40,000 bases of DNA from an uncultured Chloroflexia bacterium (lineage in GTDB: Bacteria; Chloroflexota; Anaerolineae; Anaerolineales; Villigracilaceae): positions 1,005,066 through 1,045,065 of the forward strand of contig CAWBPK010000001.1 of assembly GCA_963790685.1 (NCBI GenBank), given 5' to 3'. The notes beneath the pieces were generated by a model that was given only the letters and a program-made list of their open reading frames with translations, had not been told where the DNA came from and did not search any database. Shown piece after piece: positions 18,059-25,776 of this stretch (within the stretch, counting starts at the first letter, position 1; every line of letters starts with the position of its first letter). The translations under genes and the position numbers were made by a program.

Positions 18059-19959
18059 GACCGGTGAGGGACAACACAGGGAAATGGGGGTCATCGATCC
18101 ACATCGTTTTGGCGCTGTCGGTCTCACTTCTGGCCATTTATGGGCTAACCTATTCCGGACACTTTTCCACCGATGACGAACACATCCTGGCCTCCCGCAG
18201 CCTGAGCCTGGCATTCGATGGGGATCTCAACGACGACCGGGTGACTGGCAATGAGCGCATATTTGCCTACCAGGCCCTGCCAGCAGAACAAGCCATCCCG
18301 AGCCTGGAGATCGAACCAATCCAGGCTATTGTGGGAGCCGGGCTGGCGCGCTTGGCGCTGCTCACAGGCGGGGGCTTGGTCCAGACCCTCTTCCTGATGA
18401 ATATCCTTGCAACCGCCCTGACTGCTGTCTGCGTGTTTGCCTCCGCCAAGACCCTGGGCTATCGGGACCGCACAGCTCTTGTCACGGCACTGGTCTTCGG
18501 GCTGGGAACCCAGGCTTGGCCGTACACCCGCACCTTTTTTCGCGACCCCTTGGCGATGCTTTTCCTGGCTTTTGCGTGGCTTTGTACCCTGCTCCTCAAC
18601 CGAGCTGCAACGACGCGGAGCCGGACACTGGCCGGAGCAGGGATCATCCTGGGCTTGTTGCTTGGGATCCTCACCAAAAACACAATCACGGTCGCCATAC
18701 CGTCGGTCCTTATTTTGCTCATTCCATTTTGGAAGAGCCTTGGTGGACGCGGTAAAGGTTCATTAAAGCTCAGGAATATCCATCTGGGAATTTACCTGTT
18801 GTCGGGGGTCGCACTGGTAGGCCTCCTGGTTTTCTTGTTAATCGCCCGAGGTCCGCTGGCACGATTTTCCCTCAGCTATTACTACCAGCTCCTTGTTTTT
18901 TTCTTCACCAGCCCTCACCCCAATTTACTGCAAGCATTGACCGGACCACTAGTCAGCCCGGGAAAAAGCCTGTTTTTATATTCACCAGTATTGTTGATCT
19001 CCCTGGTGCCACTTTTCAAAAAGCGGAACGAGTTTTTCGCCGCTTGGGGATACGTGGTGCTTTTGATCGTGGCGCAGGCACTTTTCTACGACGAGCTCTG
19101 GTATGGAAACGTCAACTGGGGCCTGCGCTTCATGGCTCCTACTTTGCCGGTGCTGGCAGTTGCATCGACGTCAACGATTGATCGTATCTTGGACTATCGA
19201 AAGGGCTGGGTCTGGATCGCGCTCCTGGGAGCCCTGTCGAGCCTGGTCCAATTGATCGGGATTTCCGCCCCCCTTGGAGAATACTACCAGGCTATGCTTT
19301 CCCTTAATCCCCCGGTCAATGGGACGCAGCAGGTGTGGAGCCTGGGATATTCTGCCATTGTATGGACAGCAAGCCGTATCTTTTCGGGGGGTAAATTCGA
19401 CCTGGCAATCGTCCGGGCAGGCCTACCCGGGGTGCTTATCGGGGTGGGGCTCGCCGCCTTGGCTGGGGTAGCTTGGCTAAATTTACGCTCCCGTCCCAGT
19501 TGGATGACCCCCGTTCTGCTCGGATGCGCCGGGATGGCGACCCTGCTTTTGCCAAAAGCATACACAAACGACCCGAATTATTATGCTGGACGGACCGATT
19601 TCCAAGCCGCGCAGGTTGCGCTCCGAACTCAGGCAGGACCGAGGGATGCCCTCGTGATAAACAGTTACGGCACCCCGGCATGGAACTATTGGATGAATTG
19701 GGGAAGCCCAAAACCAGCCTGGGTCAGCCTGCCCTTCGGCTTATACGATTCGTCAGCGATACCGGCCTCAGTTGAGGCCATCCTGACAGCGACCTCCGCA
19801 ACACACGCACGAACCTGGTTGTTGCTTCCATGCGATTCTCCCTCGTCTGATGTCTTGCTGACACAAAAAGACCTGCTCCTATCAATGAGTCTGGTATCAG
19901 AACAGACCTACCAGGACGGTGCTTGCCAGACCAGTCTATTATTATTCCAGCCGCACTAA
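18055..19959 (+). CDS. polytopic membrane protein, GT-C-fold (ArnT/PMT-like) glycosyltransferase candidate
   Basis: Many predicted TM helices and an acidic first-loop motif (HFSTDDEHILA) like the GT-C DE/DD motif. The likely start is GTG 18055, which overlaps the upstream TGA (GTGA). The tracked start at 17998 lies inside the upstream gene. Confidence 0.55.
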   Translation: MRPVRDNTGKWGSSIHIVLALSVSLLAIYGLTYSGHFSTDDEHILASRSLSLAFDGDLNDDRVTGNERIFAYQALPAEQAIPSLEIEPIQAIVGAGLARLALLTGGGLVQTLFLMNILATALTAVCVFASAKTLGYRDRTALVTALVFGLGTQAWPYTRTFFRDPLAMLFLAFAWLCTLLLNRAATTRSRTLAGAGIILGLLLGILTKNTITVAIPSVLILLIPFWKSLGGRGKGSLKLRNIHLGIYLLSGVALVGLLVFLLIARGPLARFSLSYYYQLLVFFFTSPHPNLLQALTGPLVSPGKSLFLYSPVLLISLVPLFKKRNEFFAAWGYVVLLIVAQALFYDELWYGNVNWGLRFMAPTLPVLAVASTSTIDRILDYRKGWVWIALLGALSSLVQLIGISAPLGEYYQAMLSLNPPVNGTQQVWSLGYSAIVWTASRIFSGGKFDLAIVRAGLPGVLIGVGLAALAGVAWLNLRSRPSWMTPVLLGCAGMATLLLPKAYTNDPNYYAGRTDFQAAQVALRTQAGPRDALVINSYGTPAWNYWMNWGSPKPAWVSLPFGLYDSSAIPASVEAILTATSATHARTWLLLPCDSPSSDVLLTQKDLLLSMSLVSEQTYQDGACQTSLLLFQPH

Positions 19960-20476
19960 CCTCTGGCTCGTGTGTCCTGAAAAGTCATCATCTGCTCACT
20001 GGTGAAAGTCCAGTCCTGGTAACGGTCAGGCGGCCAGGTAGCAGGCAACCAGTGCATCTGGGTGACCGGGTGTGCTGAAACGTTGTAACCTCCTGAGAAG
20101 GGAGAGCGAAGCAGCAGCCCGCAACATAAAGTGAATCTTGCAGCGCCGAAATGTTAGCCCGAAAGGGAAAAGAGGGAGCCGAGCTTTTGAGCCAATAGCG
20201 AAGGCCATAGAAGCGGCGAAGAACCTGAAAACGCAGCCGTGAAGAACCCTCCGGTGTAGGGAGAACGGGATGTTGTGAAAGTAGATGATGGAACAGGAGA
20301 GATCTCATCCGGTCAGTGGCACGTTCACTGTAACGAATGGTATAAGCCGAAGAGGCGAAGTCCAGGAGGAAGCCGGGTGAGAAGTCGGAGGAGGCCATAC
20401 TACTGATGACCATCGAGACAACAGAACTCGATGAGAGGGAAGGGCCTCTACTTCAACCAGCTAAGCGAGGAAGTAA

Positions 20477-21775
20477 GTGTCGATGCATGCCGAAAGGCCA
20501 ACCCCATCACAAGACAAAACACGAGAACTCCAGCGCGAGCTATACTTAGCGGCCAAGAGGAGCAGGAACCGTCGGTTCCATGCGCTATATGACCGCATGT
20601 TCCGGCCCGATGTTCTGTGGCGGGCATGGGAAGAAGTACGCCGAAACGGTGGGAGCGCCGGAGTAGATGGCGTGACCATCAAGGAGGTGGAACAGGAAGG
20701 AGTGGAACAGTTTCTTTATCAGATCGAGCAAGACTTGAAAGCAGGGAAGTACCGACCGCAACCGGTACGGCGGGTGTACATTCCAAAATCAGACGGACGA
20801 CAAAGGCCGTTAGGAATACCCTCTGTGAGAGACCGGGTAGTTCAGCAGGCGTGCAAGATAGTTATTGAGCCAGTCTTTGAGGCCAACTTCCAGGACAACT
20901 CGTACGGGTTCCGTCCGAAGCGTAGTGCCCAACGAGCAGTGAAGGTGGTGAAAAAGGCCCTGATAAACGGCTGGCATGTGGTTGAAGCCGATATTCAGAG
21001 TTATTACGACACCATTGATCACGAAATGCTGATGAGCTTGGTTGAACGACGGATCAGTGACCGCCGGGTGTTGAAGCTTATCCGGCAGTGGCTCAAGGCA
21101 GGTGTCATGGAAAATGGGGGCTGGAGTGCATCGGAGATAGGCTCGCCTCAAGGGGGTGTGGTTAGCCCCCTGCTTGCGAATATATACCTGCATGTGCTGG
21201 ACATGTACTGGGCGGAACGGTACTCATCCTTAGGCAAGTTGGTGCGGTACGCGGATGATCTGGTGATCATCTGTCGAACCCAACGAGAAGCCCAGGAAGC
21301 CTTACAGAAGGTCAAGCAGATCATGATCAAACTGAAACTGACCCTTCATCCCACCAAGACCCGTATTGTGGACATGGGACAGGAAGGTTTCGACTTTCTT
21401 GGATTTCATTTCCACAAGCTGAGAGCTAAGAAAACCCACAAGCTTTTGCCTTACATGTGGCCGAGTCAAAAGGCCATGAAAACGGTTCGGAAGAAGATCC
21501 ATGAGATCACCGAGCGGAAACGATTGAGTAATCCTCTGGAAGAAATAATAAAGTATCTCAATCTGGTTATCCGTGGGTGGCGGAACTACTTTCGTATCGG
21601 AAATAGCACCATGAAATTGCAAGATCTAGATCAATATGTAAGGCAACGATTAGAGCAATGGGTACGAGCACAAAAAGGGTCAAGAGCGCATTGGAGCGAG
21701 AGCGCCTTTGAAGGCCAAATAGCTCGGAACGGGTTGGAATACTTCTATCGAAGTGGAATATGCGTCAATCCTTGA
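20477..21775 (+). CDS. group II intron reverse transcriptase/maturase (no HNH endonuclease domain)
   Basis: 432 aa. Has the RT blocks including [25 protein letters not shown] and [14 protein letters not shown] (YADD), plus a maturase X-like C-terminus ([14 protein letters not shown]). There are no Cys/His nuclease motifs at the C-terminus. Confidence 0.9.
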   Translation: MSMHAERPTPSQDKTRELQRELYLAAKRSRNRRFHALYDRMFRPDVLWRAWEEVRRNGGSAGVDGVTIKEVEQEGVEQFLYQIEQDLKAGKYRPQPVRRVYIPKSDGRQRPLGIPSVRDRVVQQACKIVIEPVFEANFQDNSYGFRPKRSAQRAVKVVKKALINGWHVVEADIQSYYDTIDHEMLMSLVERRISDRRVLKLIRQWLKAGVMENGGWSASEIGSPQGGVVSPLLANIYLHVLDMYWAERYSSLGKLVRYADDLVIICRTQREAQEALQKVKQIMIKLKLTLHPTKTRIVDMGQEGFDFLGFHFHKLRAKKTHKLLPYMWPSQKAMKTVRKKIHEITERKRLSNPLEEIIKYLNLVIRGWRNYFRIGNSTMKLQDLDQYVRQRLEQWVRAQKGSRAHWSESAFEGQIARNGLEYFYRSGICVNP

Positions 21776-21800
21776 AAACCGCAAGAAGAAGGTTGTCGGT

Positions 21801-21833
21801 GAGCCGGATGAGGGAAAACCTCATGTCCGGTTC
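21801..21833 (+). ncRNA. group II intron domain V (catalytic hairpin)
   Basis: The sequence is GAGCCGGAUGAGG-GAAAA-CCUCAUGUCCGGUUC. It has the AGC triad at positions 2-4, a 7-bp lower helix, a 2-nt 3'-side bulge and a 6-bp upper helix. Confidence 0.85.
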
Positions 21834-21838
21834 GATGT

Positions 21839-21944
21839 GGCAGGGGATGGAAACCAGGATATGGTGAAAGTACTGAGGCACTCTCAAAAGAAATGGAGAG
21901 AAACGGGTCTGCATCACCTAAGTCCCAGGCGCCATTCCCTGACC
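21839..21944 (+). ncRNA. group II intron domain VI, apparently elongated (about 106 nt) with branch-point A at 21942
   Basis: GGCAGGGGAUGG (21839-21850) pairs with CCAUUCCCUG-A-CC (21932-21944), leaving one bulged A. A further inner helix pairs GGAUAUGGUGA with UCACCUAAGUCC. Confidence 0.5.
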
Positions 21945-21957
21945 CTACCATTCAATG

Positions 21958-24900
21958 TTATCGATCCAGGTAACCCAGCAATTCTTCAACGCGCTTTGAC
22001 CAGGTGTTAAGGTGAATAAACTCACTCAGCTCCTTCTCATCCAGTTGACTGCGGGTGACACTGCCAGCCAGTTTTAAAAATTCCTCCCGGGAGTCGCATA
22101 GGAAGACACCAGGCATGCCGCGTAAAGGCTCAAGAGAGGGAGCGATTACCGGCAATCGCATTGCCAGGTATTCATAGACCTTGAGGGGGCTGGTTGCCCG
22201 AGTGATGGAAGTGACTTTCCAAGGCAGCAGGGCAGCATCTGCGTGCGCTAGATAGTTGGGTAATTCCTTCTGGGCTTTCAAACCAAGGAAGTGGACATTG
22301 GTTTTTATAAAGTGAGCCTGGCCTCGATAATCGCCAATCAGGGCGACTTGTGCCTCCGGGTTGGAATCAGCCAGGCACCCTAGCAAGTCCCAATCAAACC
22401 AATCCCCCCATAATGCACCAACATACAGGAGGATACGTCTCCCCCCCGGAAGGTCCACGGGGCGAGGATAGTTGACAGTTAGATTGAACAGGCGGGTATT
22501 TACAGCATTGGGCAGGAGCAAGGGTCTTCTAGCAGAAATTTTTTCAAGGCGTTCAGCTAACTTAGGAAGGGTGGCAACCAGATGGGTGCTGGTTAAGATA
22601 ACCTGCTGTTCGATATCTGGTGAATACCATTTTCCACCCAGTGATGAATGCCAATCGTCCAGAAGGTCATAGGCTACTGACGCGCTGTGCTCCTCGAGCA
22701 GCTGCATGGAGAGGGAAAGGTAATCAGGCAAAGCGAATTCGACTAGTACTCTAACCGGTTTATTTTTCAACAGGTCAGGATATTTTCCTTTGAACTCCTG
22801 TAGATTGAATTGTTCAATGGAAGATTGGAACAGGTGCGGATGGAGACCGTGCAACTGCAGATTACGCGTCTCGTCCCGTTCGAATTTGTGCAGGAAAACC
22901 ACTCCCCAGCCGAGGCGCAGGAGTTCCTGGGCGATCTGGGCGCCGCGGGCACCGCCGCCGCTGTCGTCCAAGGGGACGCCTGAAAGGATGAAGAAAACGC
23001 CAACCACGTCATTCTTGCGCGTGCGATCCACCTCTTTTGAGTTGCGGGCTCCTTTCAGGAAACCTAGGACCTGGGCAACGTGTCCCAAACCTTTCTGGAG
23101 CGTGCGGTGCAGAGGCAGTTTTTCTTTTAAAGATATCCCGCCCAGAACACCGAGCCATGCCAGGCATAGCAAAATCACCCAAAGCAGGATGGGAGCCAGT
23201 CGAAATACAAGAACTGCGATCATGCCAGTAACCACGAGCACCGAAAATACCAGCCAGACAGAAAGCTGCTGCAGGTAGCGCCAATAATAGCGAGCATGGA
23301 CACCGGATTCCCCATCCCCTCTGGACCACCAGTAAATTTTTTCAAGGTAAGCGCCCAGACCTTCAGGTGCCAGCCATTTCACCTGTGCCTGCGGTACGAA
23401 GGCCCACTTTCCACCGAGACGCTTCAGCTCAAGGTCAAGATAAGTATCATCGCCGGTCCATGTCAGCCATTCAGGGTGACCACCGACCTCATCCAGAGCC
23501 TGCCTGCGGAAGGCGACCGAGCGGCTGGAGGGCAGGAAGCTTTGGGGATCAATGTTCCCCAACCCCGGCCACACCCCGTTCCCGCTCAGGACTTTCCCAG
23601 TCCGATTGACAGATTCATAGAAACCAGCCGAGACGCACGTCTCGGGGTCAATCTTGAAGGGCTGGATCAACTTTTCGAGCCAGTCGGGCTTCGGCTCACA
23701 GCCGAAATCGGTAATTGCAATGAGCGGGTAGTGCGCCTCCCGGATGGCAATATTCCGTCCACGGGCTATCTTCGTCCCTGGAGCTCGAATCAACTTCACC
23801 GGCAGCGAGTTGCGCTGTTCCCATTGCTCTAACAATCGATCAGTCCTGTCTGTTGAGCCGCCGTCCAGGATGATGATTTCATCCGCAGGACGGGTTTGTT
23901 TTTGAATGCATTCTATCCACTTGGCGACGTTCCCGGCCTCGTTCTTAACCGTTGCAATCAGGGAAACCTGGAGAGTATCCGGAAGCTGGTTCCGAAGAGG
24001 TTTCCTCGGTGAATAGCCCGGGATTAACAGAGGATCATCAGCATAGAGCGTCACACGGCTGTTATCTTCTATGATATAGCGGTCATTGAATGGGGGCGGC
24101 GGCTGGGAGGCTCTGCCCGCGCGGCTGAAGGACTCATCGCGCAGTCTGCGCCAAATTGATCTCAAAGCCCCTTCGAGCCGGCTGCCGTTGGGGATCAGCC
24201 GTTTGCGCATATTCCATAAAACCAACATAAGATTCCACGCCCGGCTGCGATAGATATCGTTCAACTGGGTGTTCAATGTTTGGATTTGCTGATACTCTCT
24301 GCCCAACTCACGATTTGAAGTCTCAATCTTATGTGATTGATCTTCAATTCGATCGGATAAAACCTGCAACGCATGGTCTTTCTCCTGGATTTGCGTGACA
24401 TATACATGGGAAGCCGCTTCCTGCTTCTGTACCTTGGCCCACAATTCGTCAGCCCGAACTGTCTGCTCCAGGGACGACAATGATTTTTGCAGGGTAAATT
24501 CCTTGATGAAACGATCGACAGCCTGTCCAGATGAAACCCGGGCCGGAGCAGCTGCGAGGATCTTGCGAAGGGATTTGAGATTACCACCGGCAGATTTTTT
24601 CAGATCAGAAACCCTGCCAGACAATTTTTCCTGGAAGAGCGGAAGGTTTTCCCAAACGCGCACCAGGCAAGAGAAAAGAGCTGCGCCAGTCATGCCAGAC
24701 AAGCGAAGTGTCTCCTCTTCCAGTCCAAGCGAATCCATCAATTGTGAGACTTTGGAATCGTATGCCAGGGCAACGGCAGGGATGCCGGCACTAACAGCAA
24801 AAACGATGGAGTGATAGCGCATCCCCACAACCAGGCGGCATGCTGCCAGGATCCCTGCTGTGACGGCGGGATCCTCCTGGAATGGGAGGAGATGGCAGTC

Positions 24901-25704
24901 CCGGCGATGCTTCATTTGCTGGATCACTGCATCAGCCGAAAATGAATCTTTGGTGAGGGGCGATGCTGGTAGGTCCTGGAAAGGGAGGAATACAAAGGCA
25001 CACCCTGTGCGGTCGCCAAATTCGTCCAGGGCTGTAGCTGTAGCTGCCTGCCAGTTTGATTGGTCGACCCCGATATCCCAGTTTCTCACGCAGACCCCCA
25101 CGATCGGGCGACCTGAGTCGGTTCCCCGATTTGAAAGAACCTCTCGGGCATGCGCTATGTCAGGTTCCAACATAAATGCCGGGTCTGCAGTGACATTTAT
25201 ATTCCTATCGGAGATGCCGACGGAGCGCAGTAATTCCAGGGAATCCTTATCCCGTACAGTCGCGATATTTGCAGAATCAAAGGAAAGACGGGTCAACAGC
25301 TTGGCATCATCGCTAAACAACGGCCCGGCTCCGACGCCATAAATGAGGACAGGTTTGTCCAGCAAGCGGCCTAGCAAAGGCAGACTGGAGTAGAAAGGAA
25401 GCCCGGCCTGTTCCCAAGTGAGGAGGGTGGGTATTTTGGCTCCCCAGTAATCTTGAAATATCCCGCCTCCGCCGATAACAAGGGCATCGCTGAGGCGTGC
25501 TTGGGCGATGATTCCGGCTACATCTTGGTTAGCGAGGGATTCCACACTAAACACCCGCCGGGTGGCTTCGGGGTCACCGGACAAAACGCAAATAGAAAAA
25601 TTTGGATCGATCCTATGAAGGTCAGCGAGCAGGACGCGTAAAATGGCATCATCCCCGTTATTTTGATAACCGTAGTACCCTGCAACCAAAATATTTTTTT
25701 TCAT
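21958..25704 (-). CDS. 1248-aa multidomain enzyme: polysaccharide pyruvyltransferase (CsaB-like) + coiled coil + GT2 + 2 TM helices + GT-B (GT4-like)
   Basis: - aa 1 to about 345 (pyruvyltransferase): MKKNILVAGYYGYQNNGDDAIL, VIGGGGIFQD, VRDKDS, ADPAF.
- aa about 405-490: heptad-rich.
- aa about 580-800 (GT2): VSLIATVKNEAGNV...IIILDGGSTDRT...WTGDDTY.
- aa about 813-858: two hydrophobic helices.
- aa about 900-1248 (GT-B): LLYVGALWGDWFDW...SPLKVYEYLAMRLPVIAP. Confidence 0.8.
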   Translation of the reverse strand: MKKNILVAGYYGYQNNGDDAILRVLLADLHRIDPNFSICVLSGDPEATRRVFSVESLANQDVAGIIAQARLSDALVIGGGGIFQDYWGAKIPTLLTWEQAGLPFYSSLPLLGRLLDKPVLIYGVGAGPLFSDDAKLLTRLSFDSANIATVRDKDSLELLRSVGISDRNINVTADPAFMLEPDIAHAREVLSNRGTDSGRPIVGVCVRNWDIGVDQSNWQAATATALDEFGDRTGCAFVFLPFQDLPASPLTKDSFSADAVIQQMKHRRDCHLLPFQEDPAVTAGILAACRLVVGMRYHSIVFAVSAGIPAVALAYDSKVSQLMDSLGLEEETLRLSGMTGAALFSCLVRVWENLPLFQEKLSGRVSDLKKSAGGNLKSLRKILAAAPARVSSGQAVDRFIKEFTLQKSLSSLEQTVRADELWAKVQKQEAASHVYVTQIQEKDHALQVLSDRIEDQSHKIETSNRELGREYQQIQTLNTQLNDIYRSRAWNLMLVLWNMRKRLIPNGSRLEGALRSIWRRLRDESFSRAGRASQPPPPFNDRYIIEDNSRVTLYADDPLLIPGYSPRKPLRNQLPDTLQVSLIATVKNEAGNVAKWIECIQKQTRPADEIIILDGGSTDRTDRLLEQWEQRNSLPVKLIRAPGTKIARGRNIAIREAHYPLIAITDFGCEPKPDWLEKLIQPFKIDPETCVSAGFYESVNRTGKVLSGNGVWPGLGNIDPQSFLPSSRSVAFRRQALDEVGGHPEWLTWTGDDTYLDLELKRLGGKWAFVPQAQVKWLAPEGLGAYLEKIYWWSRGDGESGVHARYYWRYLQQLSVWLVFSVLVVTGMIAVLVFRLAPILLWVILLCLAWLGVLGGISLKEKLPLHRTLQKGLGHVAQVLGFLKGARNSKEVDRTRKNDVVGVFFILSGVPLDDSGGGARGAQIAQELLRLGWGVVFLHKFERDETRNLQLHGLHPHLFQSSIEQFNLQEFKGKYPDLLKNKPVRVLVEFALPDYLSLSMQLLEEHSASVAYDLLDDWHSSLGGKWYSPDIEQQVILTSTHLVATLPKLAERLEKISARRPLLLPNAVNTRLFNLTVNYPRPVDLPGGRRILLYVGALWGDWFDWDLLGCLADSNPEAQVALIGDYRGQAHFIKTNVHFLGLKAQKELPNYLAHADAALLPWKVTSITRATSPLKVYEYLAMRLPVIAPSLEPLRGMPGVFLCDSREEFLKLAGSVTRSQLDEKELSEFIHLNTWSKRVEELLGYLDR

Positions 25705-25776
25705 TTCAGTCTAAATCGTAGGTCTTTCCTGATATTGGAGAATAATATCTTCGGTAGACCGAGGTTATTTATCACA

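Larger units (their letters stand above)
19970..21948 (+). mobile_element. group II intron (about 1.98 kb) with intron-encoded RT/maturase, endonuclease-less
   Basis: - The 5' end GTGTG fits the GUGYG consensus.
- The ORF sits in the domain IV position.
- A canonical domain V lies at 21801-21833.
- Domain VI has a bulged A at 21942, seven nt before the 3' end ...CCCUAC.
- GAGCCA at 20189-20194 complements the last 6 exon nt TGGCTC (candidate EBS1/IBS1). Confidence 0.85.

Noticed and set aside
8489-21775. Diversity-generating retroelement (RT plus repeated target sequence)
   Set aside because: The RT is embedded in a canonical group II intron (YADD, maturase X, domains V/VI). The differences between repeat units are not adenine-specific, and no TR/VR pair lies next to the RT.
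21745-22010. 68-aa and 85-aa ORFs at the intron 3' end
   Set aside because: They lie within intron domains V/VI and across the 3' splice site and the end of the 1248-aa gene. The region is explained by RNA structure.
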